DNA from: Mobula hypostoma
Taxonomy: Eukaryota
Assembly (NCBI RefSeq): GCF_963921235.1
Contig: NC_086097.1
Coordinates: 148,740,001-148,804,000 of the forward strand
Length of the DNA stretch: 64,000 bases
Direction: 5' to 3'
Made by a program: the position numbers and the translations under genes. The notes under the pieces are model-generated. The model worked only from the letters and a program-made list of their open reading frames with translations. It had not been told where the DNA came from and ran no database searches. Below, one piece after another: positions 13,593 through 26,218 of the stretch; position 1 is the stretch's first letter; each line of letters starts with the position of its first letter.

Positions 13593-13802
13593 TTATTGTT
13601 ACTCTTTTGTCATAGAGCCATATAGCACAGAAACAGTGCCTTTGGCCCAGTAAGTCTATGTAGAGCATCTAACATTTATTTGTATTAATTCTACACTAAT
13701 CACATTTCTATCCTTCCCACATTCTATCAACTTCCTCAGATTCTTAAACAGGACAATCAATTTACAGTGGCCAATGGATCTACAGCCCCACAACTTTAGA
13801 AT

Positions 13803-14912
13803 GAGAATCAGAATCAGCTTTATTATTACCAACATGTGTCGTGAAATTTGTTAACTTAGCAGCAGCAATTCAATGCAATACATAATGTAGAAGAAAAAAG
13901 TAAAAATAAATAAATAAGTGAATCAATTACAGTTTACGTATATTGAATAGATTAAAAATCATGCAAAAAAAACAGGAATATATATTAAATAAAGTGAGGT
14001 AGTGTTTACGGGTTCAATGTCCTGAATTGCTGAGTGTGTGCCTTCAGGCTTCTGTACCTCCTACCTGATGGTAACAGTGAGAAAAGGGCATGCCCTGGGT
14101 GCTGAAGGTCCTTAATAATGGATGCTGCCTTTCTCAGACACAGCTCCTTGAAGATGTCTTGGGTACTTGGCTAGTATCCAAGATGGAACCAACTAAATTT
14201 ACAACCCTCTGCAGCTTCTTTTGGTCCTGTGCAGTAGCCCCCACCCCCCCCATACCAGACAGTGATGCAGCCTGTCAGAATGCTCTCCACAGTACATCTA
14301 TAGATGTTTTTGAGTGTATTTGTTGGCATACCAAATCTCTTCAAACTCCGCACACTGAGTGTAAGGTTGTCGTTGTGTCACCACTCCATTAGTTGGTATA
14401 TCTCGCTCCTATACGCCCTCTCATCTCCATCTGAGATTCTACCAACAATTGCTGTATCATCAGCAAATTTATAGATGGTATTTGAGCTATGCCTGGCCAC
14501 ACAGTCATGGGTAAAGAGAGTAGAGCAGTGGGCTAAGCACACACACCCTGAGGTGTACCAGTGTTAATCGTCAGCGAGGGGGAGATATTATCACCAATCC
14601 GCACAGATTATGGTCTTCCGGTTAGGAAGTCGAGGATCCAATTGCAGAGGGAGCTACAGAGGCCCAGATTCTGTAACTTCTCAATCAGGATTGTGGGAAT
14701 GATGGTGTTAAATGCTGAGCTGTAGTCAATGAACAGCATCCTAACATAGGTGTTTGTATTGTCCGGGTGTTCTACGGCCGTGTGAAGAGCCATTGAGATT
14801 GCATCTGCCATTGACCTATTGTGGCAATAGACAAATTAAAGTGGGTCCAGGTCCTTGCTGAGGCAGGAGTTCAGTCTAGTCATGACCAGCCTCTCAAAGC
14901 ATTTCATCACTG
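13803..14912 (-). mobile_element. Rex1/Babar-type LINE, 3' portion
   Basis: Translation MKCFERLV...[13 protein letters not shown]...[12 protein letters not shown]...[29 protein letters not shown]; (ctgatt)n tail at 13804-13817. Confidence 0.88.
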
Positions 14913-14915
14913 TAA

Positions 14916-15005
14916 GATTTGGATGGAAACTAGAGCAGCTGGAGAAAACCCACATGGTTACATGAAGAATGTGTAAACCCCAGTCAGAACTGGAGGCCAG
15001 GACTG
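14916..15005 (-). mobile_element. V-SINE (HE1-like) core fragment
   Basis: Reverse complement 'gtgggttttctccagctgctctagtttccatcc' resembles the V-domain core GGGTTTCCTCCGGGTGCTCCGGTTTCCTCCC. Confidence 0.6.
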
Positions 15006-15019
15006 TGATCCTGATCACA

Positions 15020-15485
15020 ATCTCTTTGTGATTTTTATATTGACTTGGATGAAGAAGTGGAAGGTTGGGTTAGTAAGCTTGCAGATGACACAAAGTGGCT
15101 CACATTGTAAGATCGAATTTGAAGGCAGAAAATAGAGTTAATGCAGGATTCTCAGCTGTGTGGATGAACAGAGGCATCTTGGGAACCACGTCCATAGATC
15201 TCTCAATTGCCGCACAAGTTGATAGCGCTGTTAAGAAGGCATATGATGTGTTGGCCTTCATTAGTCAAGGAATTGAGCTGAAGAGCTGTGAGGTAATGTG
15301 GCAGCTCTATGAAACACTGGCTTAGACCATAATTGGAATATTGTGCTCAGTTCTGGTTACCCCATTAGAGGAATGATGTGGAAGCTTTAGAAAGGGGGCA
15401 GAGGAGATTTACCAGATTGATCTTATATTTTAAAAGGTCAACACAACATTGTGGGGCAAAGAGCCTATACTGTGCTGCAATGTTT
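15020..15485 (+). mobile_element. CR1 LINE fragment with internal deletions
   Basis: Translation DLDEEVEGWVSKLADDTK, VKKAYDVLAFISQGIE, LEYCAQFW. Confidence 0.8.
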
Positions 15486-15980
15486 TATCCTGGGTCCCTG
15501 CAGTTATGAAGTAGTTATGTTTGCTCCTCTGATAGTTATGTGCTCCTCTGGCAGCACAGCTAGTGTATGTCACCAATTTACAAAATGCAGAATGAAATTT
15601 GCTTTCATATTGGGAAAAGTAGTGAATCTAATCAGGAAAATGAGTGAATCAGCAGAATAGTTGTTTCATTTTCATTTGCATTTTAGCAATCACTAAAATT
15701 AAGTGCTCAACCTGCCTGGCTCTGAATACTCACATAACATCCAGCAAAAGTTATCAAATTCTTTTTCCACACAGAATATTTTTAATGGAATTATTTTTTG
15801 TAATGATTTTCTTGGCCTCAACTTGGCATCGATCACATGATTGAATGCACTGGAGACAGCTTTAATGCTTAATGATGATCAAAAATGGACAAAATAAAAT
15901 TATCTGGCTATTACTTACCACACCTGATTCTCTTTTCCATGATGTTATTGGGAAGGAAAATGAGGCAGGATGTATATTGT

Positions 15981-16110
15981 CAACACAAGAAAGTCAGTAG
16001 ATGCTGGACATCCAAAGCAATGCACACAAAATCCTGGGGGAACTAAGCAGTATCTATGAAAATAAATGAACAGTTGTTATTTCAGGCTGAAATTCTTCTT
16101 CAGGGCTGGA
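15981..16110 (-). mobile_element. PLE terminal module, degenerate
   Basis: 'aacacaagaaagtcagtagatgctgg...' matches the reverse of the PLE 3' module. Confidence 0.65.
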
Positions 16111-16752
16111 AAAAGTATAGTGGTTACTACACCTGGTCCAGTGATAGACTTATAATCAACATGAGAACCTATTAAGTCATTTCAAGGCATAATTGTATAT
16201 TTGAAAAACTGGGTCCTCGAACAAGAAATTCAACAGAGATTTTTCAACAGAATTAAGAGAGAATTCAAAAGAATAAACAAAGAATTCAGCAGAATAAACC
16301 CAAAACTGAGGCTGCAGAATTAATACATGGCACCAATAGCTCTTTGAAGCTTTGAGTTAATCTTTATATATGTCAATTGAATTCCTTTACATCATCCAGT
16401 TGAATAAGTTGGACTGATCCAATATTCACAAATATAGTTAACTGCTACTGTCCAGAAGTCAAATGTAAAGGAAAACAACTAATAACTGAGGAAGAGATTT
16501 AGAGAAATGTGTAATGTTGTCAAAAAGAAAGTTCTGTGGTGAATGGGATATCTGTTAATAGTTATGAAAAAGTAAGTAATTTTTGGGAACAAGGAACAAT
16601 TGAATGAACAATACACAGTTGTATGAAGGGTTGTGTTTTGTTTTCCTATGTTAAATATGATATAGATGTGCAAATTGTATCATATTTCTATTGGTAAGAA
16701 TGGAAACAATACTGTACTTTCTATATAATTAACAAAAAGGGAATGATTTTAC

Positions 16753-16886
16753 AAACCCAAGAGATTCTGCAGATGCTGGGAATCCAGAGCAACACGTACA
16801 AATTACAGGAGGAACTTAGCAGTCAGGCATCATCTATGGGAATGAATAAACAGTCGATGTTTTGGGTCAAGACCCTTCATCAGGAC
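16753..16886 (-). mobile_element. PLE terminal module beginning at a hammerhead motif (core GAAA mutated to AAAA)
   Basis: Minus strand reads gtc-CTGATGA-a-gggtcttgaccc-aAAA-catc-gactg followed by the PLE tail. Confidence 0.75.
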
Positions 16887-17329
16887 GTTACAAATTACAA
16901 AAGAGTTTATAAATTATTAAGAATGAAAACATGTGCCAATATGCTGAACTTCACATGATAGGCTTTCTCATCCCATCCATCATTGTACTGAGAATGATCA
17001 GCACCAAAGTTAACCAAAGCAGGTTAGTCATAACTTTTGTCATGTGTGACAATAATGCTGCACCATGGTTCACATAATGTTAATGAACCACAAGAATTAA
17101 TTCCATAATTAACAGAACTAAGAAAACTGAGTCCAAATCATCATAAGAGAGAGAGAAAATGCAGCTCTAATTGGCAAAGCAACACTGAATCATTAACTAT
17201 ATTAAAATTACTAAATTGGATAGAGCCAACTATTTTAGTTTCCTGACTGTAGCTAGTTCTGCAGGCAAAATGTTTTTAATTACTATTTTAGATTTCACTC
17301 ATGACTTGATTTTCTTTTCATAATGGGGA

Positions 17330-17620
17330 TCAAGTACCACTCTGGAAACTTTGGCACAATATTTCTACTCCCAATTAGTACAAAGAGAATGTGGCATTGT
17401 CAGAGGAGATATAAAACCAAAGCCCCATCTGCTCTCTTATGCAAGTATAGACTAACCATTGGCACAGTTTTGAAGATTTAAGTCCCGTACCTTGGCCAGT
17501 ATTTGTTCCTCAACCAACAGCATAAAAGAATTACCTAGCCATGATCATACAGCTATTTGTGGGAGCTTGCTATGCATAAACGGTCTCGTTTTTCCTATGT
17601 TAGAATTGTGATCGACTCGG
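17330..17620 (+). mobile_element. old DeuSINE (SacSINE1/AmnSINE1-related) fragment
   Basis: 'ttgtcagagg...aaaccaaagccccatctgctctct...ttggccagtatttgttcctcaaccaaca...tttgtgggagcttgctatgcataaa' follows the Deu-domain/SacSINE1 consensus as I recall it. Confidence 0.65.
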
Positions 17621-18119
17621 GTGTTCTAAAAAGAAAAACCAGTCCACCATGTAAGTGCAAGCATTTCTTTTTGTACCTAAACTCCAGATGCATCTTATGG
17701 TTAATGAGCTAACAGATAAAGTGGTCCTAGATAAACCTGAATTTGTAAACTTAACAGGGAAAATAGTCTGTACTACGTTCACTGGGAATGTTGTAACTGT
17801 GACTAACTAGCTTGGAGACTAAATCTGACAAGCTATCATCCTGGAGGAGACGTTCTCAGTAGAATTTCCCCGAACTCAAAGAACATCTGTTTTTTATGTT
17901 CTTAAGAACAAAAGCAGTAGCTGATTCAATACAATTTCAATAGTTACAGTGATGTTGTATATTTCAATGTATTACATTTAGCAAAAACTAACATTGAATT
18001 TGATATTTACCATGGGAGCATACTGTAACTGACATGACACTGCTGAATGTTCAAATGCCTTTAATGGTACGAATTAATTCATATGGGTGATCTAAGAGCT
18101 TCTGAGGAATACCCAAATA

Positions 18120-19540
18120 ATTAATTGCATGAGTATTAACTCCCTTTAATATGACACACTAAATCATCACTGGTGCAGCTAATTGGTTTTCGAAGTCACA
18201 TAATTAGTTAAATGGAGATCTGTTTTTGGAGATCTGTGTGCATGAAGTAAAAATACACTTATATCTGGAAGGTCCAACTTCAGGTGAGTCACTATCCTGG
18301 CAAAAGCTACATCATGAAAACAAAAGAACCTCCAAGCAACTCTGCAAAAAACTTATTGAAAAGCACAAGTCAGAAGATGGATACAAGCAAATTTCCAAGT
18401 GACTGAATATCTCTTGGAGTACTGTTAAGTCAATTATCTAGAAATGGAAAGAATATGTAAATCTCCCTAGAGCAGGCTATCCTCAAAAACTGAGTGACCA
18501 TACAAGAACGGGACTAGTGAGGGAGGCCACCAAGCCACCTACAACAATTCTGGATTACTTACAAGCTTCAGTGGCCTGGATGGGAGCGACTGCGCATTCA
18601 ACATCTGTTGCCCATGTGCTTTACCAGTCACAGCTTTATGGGAGATTGGCAAAGAGAAAGCCACTGTTGAAAAAAACTCACATGAAATCTTGGCTTGAGT
18701 TTGCTAGAAGGCATGTGGGAGACTTGGAAATCAGCTGGAAGCAGTTCTACGGTCTGATGAAAGCAAAATTGAGCTTTTTGGCCATCAGACTAAACGCTAT
18801 GCTTGGTGTAAGCCAAACACTGCACATCATCAGAAATACACCATTTCTACAGTGAAGCACAGCAGTGGATGCATCATGCTGTGGGGACACTTCACTGCAG
18901 CAGGTTCTGGAAGAGTTGTGAAGGTAGAGGGTAAAATGAATGCAACAAAATACAGGGGAATCCTGGAGGAAAACCTGATGCAGTCTGCAAGAGAACTGCA
19001 ACTTGGGAGAAGATTTGTCTTCCAGCAAGACAATGACCCCAAGCATAATGCCAAAGCTACACAGGAATGGCTTAAAAACAGCAAAATTAATGTCCTGGAC
19101 TAGCCAAATCAAAGTCCAGACCTCGATCTGATTGAGAATTTGAGGCTGAACTTGAAAAGGGCTGTTCACTTACGATCCCCATGCACTCTGACAAAGTTTG
19201 AGGTGTTTTGTAAAGAAGAATGGGGAAAAATTGCAGTATCCAGATGTGCAAAGCTGATAGAGACCTAGCCACACAGACTCAAGGCTGTAATTGCTGCCAA
19301 AAGTGAATCTACTAAATACTGACTTGAAGGGGGTGAATACTTATTCAGTTAATAATTTTGTGCTTTATATATGCAATTAATTTGGATCACTTCACTGTAG
19401 AAATCTTCACTGACACAAAAGAGTCTTTTTCTGTTGACCAGTGTCAAAAAAAGCCAAAGTAAATCCACTGTGATTCAATGTTATAAACTAATAACACTTG
19501 AAAACTTCCAAGGGAGGGTGAATATTTTATATATGCACTG
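18120..19540 (+). mobile_element. Tc1-family DNA transposon (IR/DR type), left end partly lost
   Basis: Right end ...gggtgaatattttatatatgcactg|TA with an inner repeat gggggtgaatacttat (~19329-19344); inverse inner repeat at ~18125-18147. Confidence 0.85.
18314..19322 (+). pseudogene. Tc1 DDE transposase pseudogene
   Basis: ATG at 18314 to TGA at 19322 with stops and frameshifts; motifs LYGRLAKRKPLLKKTH, TVKHSSGCIMLWGHF, FQQDNDPKH, *PNQSPDLDLIENL, STKY*. Confidence 0.88.
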
Positions 19541-21018
19541 TATTCCAATTATTGATAGCATTATTGACCAAATCAAATGCCTATGGTTTGATGCGTTGTA
19601 TTGCAATCTTCCTCGATCGCAATCACAATGATACAAAATATCTTATGGTATCTAATGCTCGGTTTAATGTAGGCCAATTAATATACTGCATTGTCTTTGG
19701 GAATGTCTCATGGTCTTGTTGGTTTGGAAACGATATCTCCATCTAGCCTGTGTTCTTTAAAGAGTGCTCTTTGTTTACAAAGCTATGCTTTTAATATCAA
19801 ACTGATTACTGCCTGTGAATTAAAAAAGAACTGAAGACTCATTCGTGTTTGAATTAATGGCTATTACATTCACATAATTCCAATACTCCTAAATCCCAAA
19901 CAGGGAGTAAGTAATGATGTACATAAATTGTGGAACCTCAATTCATTATATTTAATGTATATTTAACGTTACCTTTTTCTTTAATTAAAAAATTTAACTA
20001 TAATTCCCTTTTCCTCTCATTTTTGTTTTTGCTCTTACATGTATGATATAAGAGGCCTCCTTATGTGCCTTACTGCTCCGTGGTGTGATTCCTCACTGTT
20101 CTGACATAGTGTGCGTTCCATTAAACATCTTCTGGTTTCAGCCAGGGCAGCAGTTAAAACACTACAATGAGATTTGGCTGGAGAAATCATCATAAGAATA
20201 TTTGAGCTGGAGAAAACATCATAAGAATATTTTATGTGTATTGTAAAAAAAAGAAAAAAAAGTGGCAACTTTCTACGTATTATCCAAATATCAAAGATGT
20301 CATCAAATAAGGAATATAGCATGGTATGATATAGAAATTGGATCAGACTTAAACATTTTTGGGGAATTACACAGTTCAATTTTAAGAATCCAGTATTGAT
20401 CGCACAGGAATCGTTTTTTGGTGAACTTGCACAAGCTGCAAAATTGGTTAAAGGCACTTTTATGTGGATTCATATTAGCTTGCCCAACAATTTTGCAGTG
20501 TCAAGTGTGCACTAACTGACATTATTAATCATGTAATAATCAGATCCAAAAGAAATTGGATCAGAAGCTGCAAGCAACAACTGCTATGGAACAGTATCAA
20601 TAGGAGCAGATAGTGCTGTTTTTTCACTCTTTAAAGAGACATTCTACACTCAAGAAGCCTGGCGGGGCAACTTTATAAGTAACCGCAGGCTGCACAAATA
20701 CTTTCCAAAATCCACAGAGTGCGCTACAACAAATTGTGAGTGTTTATTTCCAGCATTTAGCTTCTGAGATACTTACTCAATGGATTCTTCAGTAATGGTT
20801 TCACTGTTGGTGTTGCTATGGTCATATCTGACCAGTCAGGACAAGGGCTACAGAGCAGGAAGTTATGACATGCCCATCGGCAAAGAGCCTACTTCCATGA
20901 AGTCTTCATAAACAATATACCCATCTTGAAGATCTACCACACAACCTTAATAGATGGAGGAACACACACAAAATGCTGGTGGAACACAGCAGGCAGGCAG
21001 CATCTATAGGAAGAAGTA

Positions 21019-21052
21019 CAGTCGACGTTTCGGACAGCCTTCATCAGGACTA
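21019..21052 (-). ncRNA. minimal hammerhead motif (shortened stem II)
   Basis: Minus strand agtc-CTGATGA-a-ggctgtcc-GAAA-cgTC-gact; core intact, stem II reduced by deletion. Confidence 0.6.
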
Positions 21053-21652
21053 ACTGAAAGAAGAGAGAGTAAGAGATTTGAAAGTGGGAGGGGGAGGGGG
21101 AGATCCGAAATGATAGGAGAAGACAGGAGGGGAGGGATGAAGCTAAAAGCTGGAAAGTCGATTGGCAAAAGGGATACAGAGCTGGAGAAGGGAGAGGATC
21201 ACGGGACGGGAGGCCTGGGGAGAAAGAAAGGGGGAGGAAAGCGCCAGAGGAAGATGGAGAGCAGGCAAGGAGTAATTGTGAGAGGGACAGAGAGAGAAAA
21301 AAAAGGAAAGAAGGAAGGAAGGAATAAATAAATAAATAACAGATGGGGTACAGGGGGTGGGGGGGAAGGTGGGGCATTAGTGGAAGTTTGAGAAACCAAT
21401 GTTCAGGCCATCAGGTTGGAGGCTACCCAGACGGAATATAAGGTGTTGTTCCTCCAACCTGAGTGTGGCTTCATCTTGACAGTAGAGGAGGCCATGGATT
21501 GACATATCAGAATGGGAATGGGACGTGGAATTAAAATGTGTGGCCACTGGGAGGTCCTGATTTCTCTGGCGGACAGAGCGTAGGTGTTCAGCGAAAGTGG
21601 GAGGGATAGTCCCCCTCCCACTTTCAAATATCTTACTATATCTTCTTTCAGT

Positions 21653-21690
21653 TAGTCCTGACGAAGCGTCTCGGCCAGAAACATCGACTG
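21653..21690 (+). ncRNA. minimal hammerhead motif, degenerate stem II
   Basis: agtc-CTGACGA-a-gcgtctcggcca-GAAA-caTC-gact. Confidence 0.55.
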
Positions 21691-22384
21691 TACTTCTTCC
21701 TATAGATGCTGCCTGGCCTGCTGCGTTCACCAGCATTTTGTGTGTGTTGCTTGAACTTCCAGCACCTGCAGATTTCCTCGTGTTTGCGTTAATAGACAGA
21801 GGTCCCAGATGATTGGAGACCAAGCTCTGCTGCACAGGCTCAGGATACACACATACACACAGGCAGAAAAAACTATGCGCACTATAAGCACATACAGACA
21901 CATTCTGAACATGATCAAGAAATGGGCACAAGCACAAGATTCCTCAGACTTACTCCTTTCTCTTCAGACTTATCCAAACCTTCTGTTTCCTTGCCTCAGT
22001 TCCCTGCTCCTAACTCAATCCCTCAGTCTTTCCTTCCTGCTTCTGCCAGTCTCCAACTCTCTGTCAATTCCTTCTATATAACTCGGTCCTCTTTCACACC
22101 ACTCACCCTCCCGCGTGCCCCTCAGTAGTCTCTTCCCACTCTCCAGCTCCTTGCTCTATTCCAGCATGGTGTTGCACACAGCTGTTCCTGCTGACCCTCT
22201 AGGGCACTTCCCAATTGCCAATTATCTGCCTCACCCAGTTACCCAGCAACTAGATCTCCTAAACTTCCCCATAAAGCTCTGGAGAATCCTTAGTCTCCAG
22301 ATGATGCCATCCAGGTTTCTGATATCAGTTGGCCATAGTTCTCTGCTCTGGGGTGGGGTAGATATGACTTCAAACAAAGCCCTA

Positions 22385-22870
22385 AAGAGAGGATCCAGAG
22401 AAGATTCAAAGAATGCTCCCAGAATGAAAGGCTTAGTACATGAGAAGCATTTGATAGCTCAAGGCCCTGTGTTTGATTGAATTCAGAAAAGATTGTTTGG
22501 AAGGGGAGGGGGATCTCATTGAAATCTACCGGATACTGAAAGACCCAGGAAGAGAATGTGTCAATTAGTAGGACAGACGAGGATTTGAGGATTCAGAATA
22601 AAGGGATATCCCTTTAAATCTGAGGTAACTGAGACATAGAGGAATTTCTTCTGCCAGAAGCTATCAATTCTGTTGAACTTGTTGTCACAACGAGCAGTGG
22701 AACCAAGTCATTAAGATTTGAGATCAGAATTGATAGGTTCTTGATTGGTAAAGGAGTTGAGGATTACAGGGACAAAGCAGGAAAATGGGTCTGAAAAAAG
22801 AGCCTAGATTGAAAGGCAGAGCAGGTTTGATGGACTGAATGGCCTAATTCTGCCCCAGTACCTTAAGGTG
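22385..22870 (+). mobile_element. CR1 LINE 3' fragment, old
   Basis: 'gaggatccagagaagattca...ggaatttcttc...ggactgaatggcctaattctgc' CR1 3' features. Confidence 0.75.
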
Positions 22871-23204
22871 TAATGAAAGCTGACTCACCATACAGGAGAA
22901 GAAGCGTCCCTCTTTCCATCATGATAACTCTTCATATTTGCTGGCCGAGCTACCCATTCAGTGGGGACCACTATGGCAGCATCCCATTATCAAGACTTCA
23001 GGAAAAGTATGGTAGGCCACTTAGGGAAGGTTCATGGCCTCAGGAAGGAGATATAGACATTTCTACCTGAAAATAACCTGTACCCAAAAATACTGTAGCA
23101 GTAATGCACGGTACCTGAACCCTTCTACTGAACAAAGAATACATAATTCAGGTTTTCAAACTCAGCAAAAATAGAAACATTTGAAATATGTGCCTGTTCT
23201 GGCT

Positions 23205-23365
23205 TCTTTCCCTGTCATTCCCTGTCCTGATGAAGGGTCTCATTTCAAAACATTGAACGTATATTCCTCTCCATCGATGCTGCCTGACCTGCTAAATTCC
23301 TCCTGCATTTTCTGTGTGTTACTCTGGATTTCCAGCATCTGCAGAATCTCTTGTATTTTTGACAT
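23205..23365 (+). mobile_element. PLE terminal module, degenerate hammerhead
   Basis: gtcctgatgaagggtctc...gatgctgcctgacctgct...tccagcatctgcagaatctcttgt. Confidence 0.75.
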
Positions 23366-24116
23366 ATGTAATCTTGCAGTGTGATCTTATTTTTGTGTTT
23401 GCACTGCTCTTTCTGTGAAGTCAAAGTTGACAGTGACTTTCAACTTTTTGGCCTATAAATCATTCTAAGCAGTCACATCAGATCCATGCCACAATTCTCA
23501 AATTGCTGCTGGTCAGAAAGGTCATTAAAGCTCTCTGTTCACAAAGTAAACAATTCACCTTGTTTGACTTCAATGGAAAAACCTTGCATATCAAGTAGTG
23601 AATCTGTCAGCATTGTTGGATTCCCATAAATGCACACAGCTATCAGCTATACTTATATTATCTTAACAATCCATTTAATGACCAGAGTTTTTTGATAATG
23701 AGTATTTATTGACAGTGATCGCCCGGATTTCTACTAGTTCCTACAGTATCTGAAGAAGGACACTTTCAGCTGTCAGCACAGCCCTTTGGGATAAAGGAAC
23801 CTAATAGGTCAATAGTTGCTCATTCCAGTGCACATTTCATTTCTACCAGCTCAGTTATAAACAGTGAGTCACATAAGTAACAGGATTCAGAATACCATAG
23901 GTCTGCTCAAAACCTTATTCCAGTGCTTTAGAGGTTCCCTGCATTATATGTTAAGCAGGTTTGGAGACTTCTTTGTAATATCTTTCATGCTGCGTAACCT
24001 GGCTAATTTAGAGAAAAAGGCAGCCTGGGTGACAGGAAGCACAGCAAAGAGACTTTGTGTGCAAGGATCAAAAGCAGATCCTGAACAGCAAGAAGAGCAA
24101 AGAGAGCAGGGGGTCA

Positions 24117-24184
24117 ATGAAAGCTACAAAGGGGAATCTCAAACCTACCGCAGCAGCTAAGCAGAGAGCGCGGGCATTATTCAA
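24117..24184 (+). other. speculative first coding exon (MKATKGNLKPTAAAKQRARALF, phase-2 donor)
   Basis: ATG at 24117 is open to a strong donor AA|GTAAGC at 24185, within a TE-free island with local CpGs; no homology recognised. Confidence 0.2.
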
Positions 24185-26218
24185 GTAAGCAAGACTAGAC
24201 TCTTCATTGGAGTAAAGCTTCTGCTATGTAGTCTGCTAAATTATAGACTCCAGTGCAAGCCAAGTGATCCTCTCCAAACTGATTATTACCATTTATGCAG
24301 AAGACTAAGAACCAAGATAAAACACAAAATTTAATCTTCTTCCTCTGTATGAATGTACAAATTCCTAACCCTGATTATCTAAATGTCTAGGTACAAAATC
24401 TTTATATATCCTGAAAAATGCTGACCTCTGCACACAATATATTGTCCTCTAATGACCTTCACTCTGCACACGCAGTGAGAATTTGAACACGAGAATACTT
24501 TGTTGCTCAACGCAATAGGACAGCCCATGCATCAAAATTGATCAGATTTGCATTGCAGTGAATGTAAAGACCCATTTAGAGACTAAGATGTTAAGCAGGC
24601 ACTCAAGTTACTGAGTGCTACCATCAGTAGACTAGAAATAGCATTTCAAATCATTGCTGGGTTCTTCAATCATGCTTGTTTGAAGAAATATCTGCCCAGC
24701 TATCATCAACATATCACCTGCAGCACCAGGGATCCCCTCACACTCGAGCACTGCTATACTACCATAAGGAATGCACACCATATTTTAAGAAATCAGATAA
24801 TTTGGCTGTCCTGCTTCTACCTGCATAAGGGCAGAAGCTAAAGAGCAAGGCTCCAGAAGTAAGGATATCTAAGAGGTAGTTGCGGCAGGGAGAGAAGCAG
24901 GTATGGAATTGCGTCTACTCAGTGGACTGGGCCATGTTCAAGGTCTCATCAGAGGATCTGAATGAATACACCATGGTTGTCATGGACTTTATAAAAAGTG
25001 CCCCACAAAGTCATTCAGAATACCAACCAGGAACTCCGGATGTACCATGAGATCTGCAAAGAACTGAGGGCCAAATCAGTGCCTTTCAGGACTGGCGACC
25101 AAGCAGAATACAAGAGGTCCAGGTATGATCTCTGGAAAGCCATCTCATATGCAAAGTGGCAATTCAGAAACAAACTTGAATCACTGAAGGATGCTTGACA
25201 GTTGTGCCAAGGCTAGAATGCTATCACCTCCTACAAGCTGAAATCAAGTGACATAGGTGACAACAAAATTTTGCTCTCAGATGAGCTCAATGTTTTTTTA
25301 TGTTTGCTTTAGAGTCATAGACAAGTACAGCAAAAACATGCTATTTGGCCCATCTCGGCCATGCTGAACTATTTATGCTGCCTACTCCCATCAACCTGCA
25401 CCAGGACCCTAGCCCTCCATACTCCTACCATTCATGTACCTCTCCAAACTTATTAAACATTGAAATCAAGCTCACATGCACCACTTGCAGCTCGCTCCAC
25501 ACTCTCATGACCCTTTGAAGAAGTTACCCCTCATGTTCCTCTGAAACTTCTCACCTTTCAGCCATAACCCATGACCTCTAGTTGTAGTCCCACCCAACCT
25601 CAGTGGAAAATGCCTGCTTGTATTTACCCTAAGTATACCCCTCATAATTTTGTACACCTCTATCAAATCTCCTCTCAATCTTCTACGTTCAAAGGAATAA
25701 AGTCCTAACCTATCCAATCGTTCCTTATAATTCAGGTCCTCCAGTCCTGGCAACATTCTTGTAAATTTTCTCTGTACTCTTCCAACCTTATTTACACCTT
25801 TTCTGAAGGTAGGTGATCAGAATTGCACATAGTACTCCAAATCAGGCCTCACCAGCATCTTATACAACTTCAGCATAATATCCCATCTCCTGTACTCAAT
25901 ACATTGATTTAAGAAGGCCAAAGTGCCAAAATCTTTCTTAATGGCCATATCTAACTGTGAAGCAACTTTCAATGAATAATGGACCAGTATTCCCAGATGC
26001 TTTTGTTCTACTGCATTCCTCAGTGCCCTCATGTTCACTGTGTAAGACCTACCCTGGGTGATCCTACCAAAGGGCAACACCTCGCACTTGTCTGGATTAA
26101 GTTCCATCTGCTATTTTTCCAGCTGGTCTCAATCCGGCTGCAAGTTTTGATAGTGTTTTTCACTGATCTACTGATCAAGTTAACCACACTATCATTAGAT
26201 AACAAACAACGAAAAACC

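Larger units (their letters stand above)
20961..21788. mobile_element. PLE insertion with two inverted segments (minus 20961-~21595 with GIY-YIG C-terminus; plus ~21610-21788)
   Basis: Minus strand FAEHLRSVRQ...LQPDGLN; terminal modules in both orientations; 14-bp TSD ttaataga(tg/ca)gagg at 20947-20960 and 21789-21802. Confidence 0.9.

Noticed and set aside
15905..15980. Minus-strand splice donor (GGTAAGTA) as an exon end
   Set aside because: No plausible acceptor or reading frame upstream; it abuts a PLE fragment.
20035..20457. 140-aa minus-strand ORF in unique DNA as a host gene
   Set aside because: No recognisable domain, non-ATG start, crosses a poly-A tract and a tandem duplication.
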